From the IMG/VR virus record IMGVR_UViG_3300046163_000019, positions 1 to 26,074 of that record: a stretch of DNA of 26,074 nt; one strand, given 5' to 3'. Within the stretch, counting starts at the first letter, position 1; each line of letters begins with the position of its first letter. A program made the position numbers and the translations under genes. The notes beneath the pieces are model-generated. The model made no database searches. It had not been told where the DNA came from and was given only the letters and a program-made list of their open reading frames with translations. Below, in pieces: positions 14,539-25,046 of the stretch. The DNA comes from a virus (Duplodnaviria > Caudoviricetes).

Positions 14539-15309
14539 TTATGAGAACAGCATCCTCCATGTATTGACTCCTACAATCCCATCTACGATAAGAAAGTCCC
14601 TGTACCTGTGTTGATAGCTACGAACAGCACGCTGTGTGAGTTTACCAAACACGCCATCAACAGGACCAGGATCAAACCCTATGTCCTTCAAACGCCCCTG
14701 AACGGCTCGTACAGCTTCACCACGGCTTCTACGCCGTCTAGACAAAGGCTTCCTAGCTAAAGACGCTCCTAGTCGCTCTAAATGCGTCTTAGCGCTCTCT
14801 CGTTCCCTGTTGTTAAGATTACTCTCAGTGACAGGCATACCCGCTTGTAACCAGTTATGTAAGAACGCACCAGGGCAAGCAGTTGGAGCAAGATCACGAT
14901 GCCCTTTAACCCATAACTTATTACCGTATCTTCTTTGAATATCAGATACTAACCAGCGTATAGACTCTAATGCAAGCATAGAAACCAAGGCATCACCATT
15001 ACCTGTGTAGCAAATAGATTCTGTTCTAGTATTCCAAGGTCGTGTCGCTGCCGATACAACGCCAGCTCCTCTCCCTTCGTAGATTATTCCCTGCTCATCT
15101 ACTAGCCAGTTGTACGCTATAGCGTTCCAACCATTATGCCCTATATGATGCCGTTCAAAGGCTTGAACAGCATTAATACCTTTAGGAGGATTCTTCATTC
15201 CTGAATGATGTAAGGCTACACCCTTGACTCGTTTCTTATTAAGCCAAGTAAATTTATTACGAGGAGGAGTCGCATTCCAACCTTTTCTACTTATTATTGT
15301 TTTCGTCAT
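14539..15309 (-). CDS. Endolysin: N-acetylmuramoyl-L-alanine amidase (Amidase_2/PGRP-like) plus PG_binding_1
   Basis: ISRKGW, LHHS, IAYNWLV..GIIYEGRG, GHRD..TACPG; C-terminal VDGVFG..T..AV..YQ...VDGIVG..TW. Confidence 0.93.
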   Translation of the reverse strand: MTKTIISRKGWNATPPRNKFTWLNKKRVKGVALHHSGMKNPPKGINAVQAFERHHIGHNGWNAIAYNWLVDEQGIIYEGRGAGVVSAATRPWNTRTESICYTGNGDALVSMLALESIRWLVSDIQRRYGNKLWVKGHRDLAPTACPGAFLHNWLQAGMPVTESNLNNRERESAKTHLERLGASLARKPLSRRRRSRGEAVRAVQGRLKDIGFDPGPVDGVFGKLTQRAVRSYQHRYRDFLIVDGIVGVNTWRMLFS

Positions 15310-18300
15310 CTTTCTCTTCTTAACTTGTCATTCCGTTCTTGTATCATGTCTGCATACACACGGTTTCTTCTGTATATTTCATTTCTTCGTAGCCTCGGAG
15401 TGTTAGCTCTCAAACCCGTACCACCAATAGTATTAAACCAAGTAGTTATTAAAGCTTCTTGTTTGCTTTCCTCATTAGGAAACAAACGTCGAGCCCTTCC
15501 AAGTAAAGGAAAGAAACTATCCATTGCATACAAAGAACTATCCCTAGCCACCCACCTACCATTGTCAGCTTTCTCAGCTAATCCCAATAAGCCCAAAGCC
15601 TCTCGTGCCATAGGGAAATCATATATAGCAGGCAACTGCTGATACCTACCTGTCAAAGGAATATCAGCAAACACTTGTTTGCCTGCCCACATCTCAATAG
15701 GAACCTTAAACGGAGGCATAGCAGACTCACCAAAAGCCCTAAGAGTTCCCTTAGCTAGACCCTTCACATCACCAGGATTCTCCATTTCTTTCAAGTACCT
15801 ATTCAAATCCCTGAACGGCAAATCAGGCATGACGTAGGCTCTACTCCCACCAATCTTAAATGGCATTCGAATACCCATATTCTCATGGAACCAGTTAGGC
15901 ATGATGCCATCAGCAGGACTTTGCAACTCAAGCTCACCCTTAACCTGATTCAAACGACTCCAAGCCTTTGGATTCTTACCTATAGAAGAAACCAACACAG
16001 GAATAATGTTCTTCTGCCAAACCCAAAACGGAGATGCCAATTTAATAAATTGATCTGCTTTAGTAAGGTCAGAGTAATCAAAGTGATATTTCATAACACT
16101 TCTATACGCATCCTCTATTGGGCTTCCTGTAGTCATCATGTGATGCGCTACAGCGCCACGCAGAATAAACTCAGTGTCTTGGTTTACGCTACGAATCGCT
16201 GAATACAATCTAAACTCAGCCTTTAAAGGGTTATTACTACCAACGAAACGACCACGCTGTGCCGTAGGCAAATCCATCATGTTTCTAACTTCCATAGAAA
16301 CCTGACCACTCTGCGCCATACCAGCAGAATACCACTCTCTGAAAATTTGAAGCTCCTCTTTAGATACTCTTGTAGGACCGCCAACAGCTCTACCTTTAGC
16401 ACCTAAATTGAAACCGCCGTCTTCAATGAGTTCATCTAAGCCTCGTACAACATCTTCCTTTGACGCTCTCTTAGCAGCTTCACGTTGTATCAGTTTCACA
16501 CGAGCGTGCATGTACATAGGCACGCCAGCTATCTGATTATTAATCCACATGCCACCAAAGCCGTTACGCATAAAGAAACCTGGTGTTGATACAGCAGTAG
16601 CTTTCCACCAGTTTTGAAACTTCAAATATGCTTTTCCAAATTTATTAAATTTAGCAGGGTCTTGTAGCCTAGCAGCACTTTGAAACGCCTCAGCAAAAAA
16701 CAGAACATACTCATCATCTGTAACATTAGTAATAAGCAAGTTATTTCCTAAAACGCTTTGAGTTCTTAGAGACAAAGGACTGTTCGTTCCTCCCATATAT
16801 TCACCTGTGAACCCTACTAGCCAGTCATTAAGCGTATCCCCTGCTACGTCAGCTAAGTCATTTAATGCACGAGTATCATTAACTAGATTCCTAGCAATAT
16901 CATTAAACGCATCTAACCTCTTTGTGTTTTGTTCAAGAGCTTCTTCAAATCCCATAGCACCCAACTGCCTAGGAAGAATACCTGAGTCCATATCCATTTG
17001 AAGATTGCCAAGATGCTCCTGTCTTTTATTATTAAGAGTTGCGTCACGGTTAACATTGTTAAAGTTAATTTCATCTCTGCTAGCCTCAAGTCCTCTAGTG
17101 ATTTCTGTATTGCGATTTATCTCATCATACGTTCTACGAATAAAATCCGTAGTAGCATCCAACTCATCCCTCGCCACATTCAACGCTGCTTGACGTTGAC
17201 GCTGTAACTCAAGTAACCTTCTCAACGCTATCGCTCGTTGTGCATTGTCACCTGTTGACAACGCAACTTCTAAAGCATCAATCTTAAACGCTATCTCATC
17301 TATCTCTAATAGATCAGACATTCTCAACACAGCGCCTTCACCACTCGCTGCACCCCTAGCCAAATCATCAGTAGCATTAACTAGTGACTGATAAAGATTA
17401 TCAGGATGCAACTGTTGAGCTAACCTACGATATTCAGATATGCGCTCAACATATCTGACGAACTCAGGACTACCTGACGCTTTCGCTATAGCCATCAATT
17501 CTTTTTCAGCAGGCGTAAACGTAACAGCTTTACCTTTAAGACTGCCAGGTTTAAGGTCATTCAAGAACTTACTAATCTCTGGCCCCATCAAACCTTGCAT
17601 CATCTTCTCATACTCACGAGCAGCATCATTTAACAAATCCGCTGTACGCACAGTAGGATCATCCATCACATTATTCAGATACGTTTTGTTCATTAAACGC
17701 AAATCTTCAAAGTTTCCAGCAAGCGCTACATCCAACTCATTCAACAAATCATCATAGAACTTTGCTAAATTAGGGTCTTCAACCGCAGCCATTGTTCTAC
17801 GAATAGCGTTACCCAACTCGTACATGTCATTTAATTTAGAGGCTACAGTGTTGATAAACTCAACTGCCTCATCCATCGTGTTCAACACAGCATCACGATC
17901 ATTTATTGCGTTCTTCAAATTAGGAGTAGCTCTCTTTGACTGTGCTTTCGCAGGAGATAGCAACGCAAACGCTTCAGGAGACAAATCCCTAACAGCTTCA
18001 TAGTTGCCCATTTGTAATTGAGCTACAACCCTTTTAATGTTCTGCGATAACCCTTGTAGCCTAGCCACCTCAAGGCTTGCTTTCTGATAAGCAATCAACT
18101 GCTGTCGTGCAACACCAGTTAATTGAGGAGAAGTAAGTATATTATCTATACTTTCACCTCTAGCGATAAGACCAGCAGCAGTAAGCTGTTCTTCCAACTG
18201 AAGCATTCGATTAGCGTGAGAACCAATCTTCAGCTCTATATCTATTAAATCTTTACCATTGACTTCTTTAGTTCCATAATCAAGATTAAAATCTTTTGCA

Positions 18301-20429
18301 ATATCATCTAAATCTCTTATTGCATCGTCTACTGACTTACCAAACAACGCACTTGCATTTGGCTTTTTGCTAGTATCACCAGATAAGAAAATACCTGCTT
18401 TACGCAAGTCACTTACAATACCTTGAACTCTTAACTGACCTTGCACTTGACTAATGTAACGAGTAATAACGCCTGAGAAATCACCACTAAATATATCAAC
18501 ATAGTCTCTTCCGTAGACTATCTCTCCAATGTCTTTCATTTGTTGTTGAACAGACTTACCTGCCTGTCCCTGATTTTTCAAAGGAGTCCCTAACCAAACA
18601 TTAGTTATCTTCCTACCATCGGTAGATGTTCCTGTAAGTTTGACTCCTTCTTCATCTAACTTTCTTCCTAATTCTTGAATCCACTCTTCATCAGCTTTGT
18701 TGAAGAAATTTTCGTCTAATGTAATGCCTTTTTCTCTAGCTAGTTTTCTTGCTGCTCCTTGACTTACTCGCCCTTGACTATTTGTAGTCACTTCTCGAAC
18801 AAACGCAGTAGGGGTCACATACTTTCTGCCCTTAGTAGCAGTCCCACGCAACACCTGAAAACTGTCATTAGTTACATTAAACAAATCAGAAGAAACGTCA
18901 TCAGCAAGGTATCTTGTAACGTACAATTCATCACGAATAACTTGGAAGTCTTCAAGAACTCCTTTAGCCCTAGTTCCTAAACCATCCCAAAAGTTTCTAG
19001 CATCATCATACAAACTAGACATATCAGGGTCAGTGTAATAACGAGGGTCTATGTCTGAGATAAGGGGATTAGCTTGCGGAGCAATCCCCCCTCCAATAAA
19101 CTTTTCTTCAGCAGAAACACGCATCATCAATTCATCAAGGTCAACACCTAACTTCTGAGCTTTGTCAGAAAGCCCAGTTAACTCAGTTAACGTTTCCTGC
19201 CCCCAACGACCAGACTTAATAGCCCAACTGTCACGCAACTCAGTTAACTTCCCTAAACTTCGTAACTCCTGAGCAGCGTCAGCATCACCCTTTACAGCTC
19301 GTCTACCTAACTCACGAAACGCTTTATTTATGTCATACTCAGGACTAAGGTTCTTAGCTATTGTAGCACCATACTTAGTAGCTACCGCAGCGCCTAGCAG
19401 TTTCCCTGCTGCACTATTAATAACTTGAATACCTCTACCTGTTTTGCCAAACTGCACTACCTCAACAGGCATACGTTTAGCTTGCCTTGCAGCAGCTACA
19501 ATAGGATCAGCTATCCCTTCAAGAGACTTCCCTTGGCGTATAAGTTTCATTGTATTAACAACATCCCTACGCACAGCTTCGTCAGCTAAATCAAGAACTT
19601 CATCACCATATAACCAAGGGTTAGGAGAATTTTTAGGAATCTTAGCGCCAGGTAGCTGTGCTACACGGCGAGCATCCAAACTTTCACCGAGTTTAGGAGC
19701 AATCTTACGCAATGGCTTTTCAATAATTGTTCGACCTAATAAACCTGTACCTGGCAATGTAAAACCTAAACCTGCTTTAAGACCTACCATCTCTAAGGCT
19801 TCTGGTCCTGCCGCAGCAATAGACTTATTGGCAGCAACACGACCAGCAGCCTCACTAAGTAACTTCCTCACACTGGGGTCTGTAGCTTTATCAGCAGCAG
19901 AACTTAACTTAGCAGCGTACCTTGCAGGGTTAGCAGCTCTAGCAGCTACACCTAAACCAAAAGCATACGTTAATGGGTCTAGTGCTATATCAAGCCCTAG
20001 CCCCAATGCAAAGTCCAAAGGGCCAGGTAAGTCTACACCCCAATCACGCAAGACTTCACCCATCATAATGTTGTCGTCTACTTGGTTATACCATTCACCA
20101 AAGTTGAATCCTTTACCACTAAACAAATCACCTGTTTCTTTAATAGTTGAAACGACAATAGCTCTTGGCGTATCTATGATGTCGATGACATCTCCGAGTA
20201 GACCAAAGAATCCACCCCCACCGCCAGGCTTTTGAATGCTCTGTCCAACAACAAAATTAGCTTGAGGTAACTCGTAAGTAGTTGGTGCAACAAATGGTAA
20301 ATTCTTATTAGGTCCACCGCTAAAGATGTCGTCTAATACTTTTTGACGACTTGCCCTCCGTACAGGTGGCTTTTCAGGTTGTTGCAGTTTTACGCTGTCA
20401 GCTACTTCTTGCCTCGATGGAATAGCCAT
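15306..20429 (-). CDS. Large virion protein, probable internal/ejection protein
   Basis: 1707 aa; N-terminal hydrophobic LDIALDPLTY segment, central coiled coil, C-terminal PGFFMRN...FDYSDLT...PFW; third of three coupled genes after the tail fibres. Confidence 0.75.
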   Translation of the reverse strand: MAIPSRQEVADSVKLQQPEKPPVRRASRQKVLDDIFSGGPNKNLPFVAPTTYELPQANFVVGQSIQKPGGGGGFFGLLGDVIDIIDTPRAIVVSTIKETGDLFSGKGFNFGEWYNQVDDNIMMGEVLRDWGVDLPGPLDFALGLGLDIALDPLTYAFGLGVAARAANPARYAAKLSSAADKATDPSVRKLLSEAAGRVAANKSIAAAGPEALEMVGLKAGLGFTLPGTGLLGRTIIEKPLRKIAPKLGESLDARRVAQLPGAKIPKNSPNPWLYGDEVLDLADEAVRRDVVNTMKLIRQGKSLEGIADPIVAAARQAKRMPVEVVQFGKTGRGIQVINSAAGKLLGAAVATKYGATIAKNLSPEYDINKAFRELGRRAVKGDADAAQELRSLGKLTELRDSWAIKSGRWGQETLTELTGLSDKAQKLGVDLDELMMRVSAEEKFIGGGIAPQANPLISDIDPRYYTDPDMSSLYDDARNFWDGLGTRAKGVLEDFQVIRDELYVTRYLADDVSSDLFNVTNDSFQVLRGTATKGRKYVTPTAFVREVTTNSQGRVSQGAARKLAREKGITLDENFFNKADEEWIQELGRKLDEEGVKLTGTSTDGRKITNVWLGTPLKNQGQAGKSVQQQMKDIGEIVYGRDYVDIFSGDFSGVITRYISQVQGQLRVQGIVSDLRKAGIFLSGDTSKKPNASALFGKSVDDAIRDLDDIAKDFNLDYGTKEVNGKDLIDIELKIGSHANRMLQLEEQLTAAGLIARGESIDNILTSPQLTGVARQQLIAYQKASLEVARLQGLSQNIKRVVAQLQMGNYEAVRDLSPEAFALLSPAKAQSKRATPNLKNAINDRDAVLNTMDEAVEFINTVASKLNDMYELGNAIRRTMAAVEDPNLAKFYDDLLNELDVALAGNFEDLRLMNKTYLNNVMDDPTVRTADLLNDAAREYEKMMQGLMGPEISKFLNDLKPGSLKGKAVTFTPAEKELMAIAKASGSPEFVRYVERISEYRRLAQQLHPDNLYQSLVNATDDLARGAASGEGAVLRMSDLLEIDEIAFKIDALEVALSTGDNAQRAIALRRLLELQRQRQAALNVARDELDATTDFIRRTYDEINRNTEITRGLEASRDEINFNNVNRDATLNNKRQEHLGNLQMDMDSGILPRQLGAMGFEEALEQNTKRLDAFNDIARNLVNDTRALNDLADVAGDTLNDWLVGFTGEYMGGTNSPLSLRTQSVLGNNLLITNVTDDEYVLFFAEAFQSAARLQDPAKFNKFGKAYLKFQNWWKATAVSTPGFFMRNGFGGMWINNQIAGVPMYMHARVKLIQREAAKRASKEDVVRGLDELIEDGGFNLGAKGRAVGGPTRVSKEELQIFREWYSAGMAQSGQVSMEVRNMMDLPTAQRGRFVGSNNPLKAEFRLYSAIRSVNQDTEFILRGAVAHHMMTTGSPIEDAYRSVMKYHFDYSDLTKADQFIKLASPFWVWQKNIIPVLVSSIGKNPKAWSRLNQVKGELELQSPADGIMPNWFHENMGIRMPFKIGGSRAYVMPDLPFRDLNRYLKEMENPGDVKGLAKGTLRAFGESAMPPFKVPIEMWAGKQVFADIPLTGRYQQLPAIYDFPMAREALGLLGLAEKADNGRWVARDSSLYAMDSFFPLLGRARRLFPNEESKQEALITTWFNTIGGTGLRANTPRLRRNEIYRRNRVYADMIQERNDKLRRER

Positions 20430-21664
20430 TACTCTCCCAAAGGAACAGGACCATAATCAATGTCGTATTGGTCAAAGGCTTGCAATACGCTTTGTAGTTG
20501 ATTGAAAGGAATAATGGTCGGTTGACCGTCTACCATTAGTGCATAACCTTCAGGCATTTGACTAGCAGCAAGCTCAGCTTGATCCAAACCAAGATTCTGA
20601 GCAGCAATATACTGTTCCACTGTAACAGGAACTTGCTGACCACCAAGCACAGTCGTCATCGTAGGATTATTAGGATCAGTGTAAGTATTATACGCATCAC
20701 CCAACATTCCCAACTCACCATACGCCATAGCCACTGCAGGACTCATACCAATATCAGCGCCCATTATGATGTAAGATTGCATTAACTGATCGCTTTCAGC
20801 TTGCGCTGCTGCTGATGCTTGAGCAGCTTGAGCAGTAGAAATAGCTTGAGCATCTCTAGCCATTTGAATAGCAGCCATATCAGAAATAAGATTCTGCTGT
20901 GCATTTTCCATACCAGCAGCAATAGATAAATCTTGCTGATTCTTAGCAAAGTCATAAATGGTTTCAGTAATGTAACTCATCGTGTTCAACATGTCAGCAC
21001 CACTCATTTGCTGAGAGAACAACATATCTTGCGTAGCTCCAGTAATAGGATCAAATAAACTAGGATCAGCTTGAATACCTAACTCAGCTAACGTTTCTAC
21101 AGCAGCGCCCTGTCTAAGCTCAGGTCGTTTCAGTGCTTCTTCAAAACGATCATTTCGAGCATCAGTACGATCAGCATACATATTAGTAATGCGATCTATG
21201 TCAGCAGCGAAACCTTGATCAGAACTTATTTGAAGGTCATCTAAGTAACCTGTAATAGAATCAAACTTATCTTGAACAGCTTGTTCTTGATTAGCGAAGT
21301 AGTTTTCATAGGCAGCACCTATTCCACCACCGCCAGCGCCACCACCACTGTCGTCACTGTCAAAATTAAAATCTATTTCTTCAGGGGATTGAGTTGAAGC
21401 TACGAGGTCGGCGTTTGCTCCAAAGTTACCAAATATAGGATCTTGAGAAGGATCAACCATTTGACTGTATTGATTAAGGAAACGATTGTATTCCGCATCT
21501 TGATAAGCAGGACTTATTGCAGTTCCGCCAGTAAGATTGTCTAGTCGCTTATCTTCAGTACGTTGCTCAAGTTGCAAATGAGGTCTGAACTGCGCTAACT
21601 CTAGCGGTGTTGGCGTTAACTGTTCAAACGTTGCATCATCATCATGTGGTCCACCATGTGGCAT
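20429..21664 (-). CDS. Acidic Ala/Gln-rich virion protein, probable ejection protein
   Basis: 411 aa; TAATG coupling on both sides. Confidence 0.75.
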   Translation of the reverse strand: MPHGGPHDDDATFEQLTPTPLELAQFRPHLQLEQRTEDKRLDNLTGGTAISPAYQDAEYNRFLNQYSQMVDPSQDPIFGNFGANADLVASTQSPEEIDFNFDSDDSGGGAGGGGIGAAYENYFANQEQAVQDKFDSITGYLDDLQISSDQGFAADIDRITNMYADRTDARNDRFEEALKRPELRQGAAVETLAELGIQADPSLFDPITGATQDMLFSQQMSGADMLNTMSYITETIYDFAKNQQDLSIAAGMENAQQNLISDMAAIQMARDAQAISTAQAAQASAAAQAESDQLMQSYIIMGADIGMSPAVAMAYGELGMLGDAYNTYTDPNNPTMTTVLGGQQVPVTVEQYIAAQNLGLDQAELAASQMPEGYALMVDGQPTIIPFNQLQSVLQAFDQYDIDYGPVPLGE

Positions 21665-22131
21665 TATGCTGCACCTCCAGCGCCTCTAACCATAGAAGCA
21701 ACTAACGCTTGATACTGATTACTAGTCAAATTGCCACGCAAACCCTCTAAATCAGAAATAGACATTGCATCTTGTAGATTACTCGTCATCATGTTCTGCA
21801 TAAAATCTTCATCTGCCCTGTTCCTAGCACGCATAATGTTACTCGCTAGCTCACGACCACCACGCTGATACTGCCCACTGTCTATCATTCCACGCCTATT
21901 AAACTGACCAGGTAAAGCCCTATAAGCTCTTTCCTCAGAAAGACCCATATCAATATCGTTTCGAGCTTTATTCCTACGCATCAAATCACGCTGATACTCG
22001 TTCTGCATCAACCCTTTCTGCGTATTTAATGCAGCCTGTTGATACGTTGGCGCTACGCTCCCTGCAAATCCCCCCAAAGAAGCAGAAGCTATATCTTGGT
22101 AAGTATCTAACCCATACCCTGTTGCTGACAT
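21664..22131 (-). CDS. Small virion protein, probable ejection protein
   Basis: 155 aa, helical Q/R/M-rich with NRRGMIDSG; SD AGGAGG. Confidence 0.75.
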   Translation of the reverse strand: MSATGYGLDTYQDIASASLGGFAGSVAPTYQQAALNTQKGLMQNEYQRDLMRRNKARNDIDMGLSEERAYRALPGQFNRRGMIDSGQYQRGGRELASNIMRARNRADEDFMQNMMTSNLQDAMSISDLEGLRGNLTSNQYQALVASMVRGAGGAA

Positions 22132-22135
22132 GTAT

Positions 22136-22163
22136 CCTCCTACTTAAAGCCTATTCTGTCCCA
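22136..22163 (-). promoter_or_regulatory. TGGGACAG-N13-TAGGAGG motif (candidate late promoter)
   Basis: Matches 14511-14538. Confidence 0.55.
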
Positions 22164-22306
22164 GTAAATTCTTTACAATGCGTGCATTCACACTCTTTCA
22201 TGTGATTTAACAACGCTGCTATACGCACCGCCTGCACACTAATAAGAAATTCCTGTGGATAACGTGCCTGTATTTCTTGCAGTATTGCGTCTGTAGCTAC
22301 TTCCAT
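22151..22306 (-). CDS. Small protein, 51 aa ([20 protein letters not shown]...CECTHCKEFTGTE)
   Basis: Translated by hand; SD GAAGGAG. Confidence 0.7.
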   Translation of the reverse strand: MEVATDAILQEIQARYPQEFLISVQAVRIAALLNHMKECECTHCKEFTGTE

Positions 22307-22353
22307 TATGCTCCTTCAGGTTTATTAGGAAACTCACAAATATCATTACTCAT
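22306..22353 (-). CDS. 15-aa mini-[18 protein letters not shown] (possible gene remnant)
   Basis: ATGA overlap with the tail fibre stop and TAATG overlap with the next gene; no SD of its own. Confidence 0.4.
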   Translation of the reverse strand: MSNDICEFPNKPEGA

Positions 22354-23918
22354 GATGGCGTGCCAGTAAAGTAAGTCGCTGTTACTTGAATCTTGTCACC
22401 TGTACCCCAAGTAAATGGGCTTCCACTAGTCACAGCGGAACGTATGACTTTGTTACTTACAACGGCTTGGTCATAAATAACTAGTTCACTACTCGTCATG
22501 TTTACTAGTAAAGGGTAATTGCTACCACCGTCTTCAACTGCTAAACCTTCGCCAGTTACTATTTGGTTTGTTTCTGCTACTGCTACAGGCACTGTAAAAC
22601 TAGGGTTAGTGCTCATAGCGCTCGTACTACCAAAAGTAAAGCTTACTGAAACAACAATTAAATTATTTATTTGCAAGAAGGCTTTGTAATCATACGATCC
22701 GTTTCCTTCTGTTAAGTTTGTCCATGATGGATCAAAGTCTGTAATGACCCCTATACCGCCAGCAAGAATGTTTAACTCAGCAGCAGTAGCTGTAACAGCC
22801 GTACCACCTAACTTCAAACCAGCAACATCTAAATTAGTTCCATCAAACACCATGTTAGAAGAACCAGCAAAAGCATTACTACTATTAAACTGCACTTGAG
22901 TGTCAGAACCAGCAGCAGTACCAGAAGGACCAGTTGGACCAGTTGGACCAGTTGGACCAGTGCCTCCTGCGGGTCCAGTAGGACCAGCAGGACCAGTAGA
23001 ACCAGTAGGACCATCGGGACCATCAGGACCATTTGGTCCAGTTGGACCAGTGGGTCCAGTGCCTCCTGCGGGTCCAGTAGGACCAGCAGGACCAGTAGAA
23101 CCAGTAGGACCATTAGGTCCGTCAGGACCGTCAGGACCAGCGGGACCAGTAGGACCAGCAGAACCGCTAGGTCCAGTAGGTCCTGTAGGACCAGTTGGAC
23201 CAGTACCACTAGGTCCAGTAGGACCTGTTGGACCTGTCGGACCTGTCGGACCAGTTGGTCCATTAGGTCCTGTAGGACCAACTAAAGACGTTCCAGAACC
23301 CCAGCTACCACTTGATTTAGGACCAAAGATTTCATTATCGCCAGTATCAATGTAGAAATCACCATCTGAACCTGTAGGACCAGAAGGATCTCCAGAACCA
23401 TTTAATACTGTTTTCCCAGCAGTTCCTGTTGGTCCAGTGGGTCCAGTAGGTCCAGTAGGACCAGTACCACCTGTTGGACCAGCAGGACCAGTGGGACCTG
23501 CTGGACCGTCAGGACCGTCAGGTCCAGTTGGTCCAGCGGGTCCAGTGCTTCCCGTAGGACCAGTAGGTCCAGTATCTCCTTGTGGTCCCTGTGGACCTGT
23601 AGGTCCAGTAGGTCCACTTGGACCGTTAGGTCCAGCAGGTCCAGTGGGTCCAGCAGGACCAGTACTTCCACCTGGCCCTGAAGGACCAGATGGACCATCA
23701 TTGCCTTTAGAAGCTAATGTTTGCCAATACGAAGTGTCGCCAGGTGTGTTACCTGTCGTTGCTTGTCTAGCAACATAAGAAGAACCATTGTAGGCTACAA
23801 CATCTCCAGCAGCATACGTTGTAGACGCTGAGTACGTTCCTTCATAATCAGGACCGTTAGTCATTGTTATTTCAACTTGTGGTCCTAGCAGTTTGGTGTA
23901 TTGGATATCTCTAGGCAT
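22350..23918 (-). CDS. Collagen-like tail fibre
   Basis: N-terminal Y..GDVV.YNGSSY module, two long G-P-X tracts split by a GDFYIDT insert, C-terminal beta-rich domain. Confidence 0.9.
   Translation of the reverse strand: MPRDIQYTKLLGPQVEITMTNGPDYEGTYSASTTYAAGDVVAYNGSSYVARQATTGNTPGDTSYWQTLASKGNDGPSGPSGPGGSTGPAGPTGPAGPNGPSGPTGPTGPQGPQGDTGPTGPTGSTGPAGPTGPDGPDGPAGPTGPAGPTGGTGPTGPTGPTGPTGTAGKTVLNGSGDPSGPTGSDGDFYIDTGDNEIFGPKSSGSWGSGTSLVGPTGPNGPTGPTGPTGPTGPTGPSGTGPTGPTGPTGPSGSAGPTGPAGPDGPDGPNGPTGSTGPAGPTGPAGGTGPTGPTGPNGPDGPDGPTGSTGPAGPTGPAGGTGPTGPTGPTGPSGTAAGSDTQVQFNSSNAFAGSSNMVFDGTNLDVAGLKLGGTAVTATAAELNILAGGIGVITDFDPSWTNLTEGNGSYDYKAFLQINNLIVVSVSFTFGSTSAMSTNPSFTVPVAVAETNQIVTGEGLAVEDGGSNYPLLVNMTSSELVIYDQAVVSNKVIRSAVTSGSPFTWGTGDKIQVTATYFTGTPS
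22957..23113. repeat. 58-bp exact direct repeat, 99-bp period, within the collagen tract
   Basis: 22957-23014 is identical to 23056-23113. Confidence 0.8.
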
Positions 23919-23924
23919 TAATAT

Positions 23925-25046
23925 TTAACTCGCATCAATTACAACTACAGGTTTTTCATATTCTGTAATCATTTTCCCATTATCATCTGTAATTGAACTA
24001 TCTATTATTACTTGATCTTTACGTTCTCCTATAACCATCCAGTTACAAACAGCACCATTTGGACCAGAAACAGATAAAGTTTTTCCAGAAAGTGACCACG
24101 TTATTTCATTACCAGAACTTGCTACCATTGACCACGCATTTGTATTTAACGCTTCCCAAGTCCCATCAACCATGTCTGAAACTTCATCTAAATCTATCAA
24201 TGTTGAATCTTCACCCAAAGTAACGGTTCCCCTATAAATGTTATCTGCTTTTGGTCCTTCAATAAATGAATGACGCAAACGCCAATCACCGCCTTTAGTA
24301 GGGTGAGGAATATCAAACGAACCTGACCCTTTCGATAAAGCGCCAGTTACACTTAAATCAGAAGTAGCGTTAACAGTATCTGCACGCAAATCTATAGAAT
24401 GAAGTTCTGCTCCGCCAGCTCGTGGTCCTATATAGAAAGTACCTCCTACTGGACCACTAAACCAAAGACGAGTGTTATCTGATCCTGTTCCAGTGTTGTC
24501 AGCATAAATGTCATAGCCCTCTTTGAAGTTGATTTGAAAGTTTGATGATCCTGCTGTTGTATTAGTTAAATTAATTTTTGCATTTCCCCATAACTCAAGA
24601 TCATCTTCTGCTTGATCCCATAACAAGAAAGCTCCACTTTCTGCACCAAAGAATTTTACATTATGACCAGTGTCATCCACTCCAACCGTGATTGTGCCAT
24701 TAACATCTAAATCACTACCAACGTATAACTTCTTAGCGATACTAGCGCCACCTTCACAGCGCAAAGCGCCAGTGTCACCAGTAGCGTCAGAAGAATCAGT
24801 AGTATCTGTAATATCTACAACACCGCCAATAGTGGCAGTTCCTGAAGCAGTAAACGTTGCCACCCCTGTTGTACCAGTTGCAGTAATGCCACCATTAGCA
24901 GTTACCAAACCACTAAATGTAGCACCAGTAAGCGTAGCCAAACCAGGTGAAGTATTCACATAGTTTTCAATAGTTGCAAAGTTAGCATTCATTGCAGAAG
25001 CAGTAATAACCGTTCCTGCTGTAAAATCATTGACTGAAAGAGCCAT
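23925..25046 (-). CDS. Tail fibre/spike protein
   Basis: FTAGTVITASAMNANF N-terminal anchor, G/T-rich beta repeats, C-terminal FDIPHP...LRHSFIEGP...YRG domain. Confidence 0.85.
   Translation of the reverse strand: MALSVNDFTAGTVITASAMNANFATIENYVNTSPGLATLTGATFSGLVTANGGITATGTTGVATFTASGTATIGGVVDITDTTDSSDATGDTGALRCEGGASIAKKLYVGSDLDVNGTITVGVDDTGHNVKFFGAESGAFLLWDQAEDDLELWGNAKINLTNTTAGSSNFQINFKEGYDIYADNTGTGSDNTRLWFSGPVGGTFYIGPRAGGAELHSIDLRADTVNATSDLSVTGALSKGSGSFDIPHPTKGGDWRLRHSFIEGPKADNIYRGTVTLGEDSTLIDLDEVSDMVDGTWEALNTNAWSMVASSGNEITWSLSGKTLSVSGPNGAVCNWMVIGERKDQVIIDSSITDDNGKMITEYEKPVVVIDAS

Noticed and set aside
19444-20235. 263-aa antisense ORF and other + strand ORFs within the late genes
   Set aside because: Shadow frames with no SD or recognisable protein features
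15306-20429. Virion RNA polymerase or tape-measure protein
   Set aside because: I found no single-subunit RNAP catalytic motifs or tape-measure repeat pattern; the gene context fits ejection proteins
22829-23778. Alternative-frame and antisense ORFs in the collagen gene
   Set aside because: By-products of the GGW-CCW-ACW periodicity, which lacks stop codons
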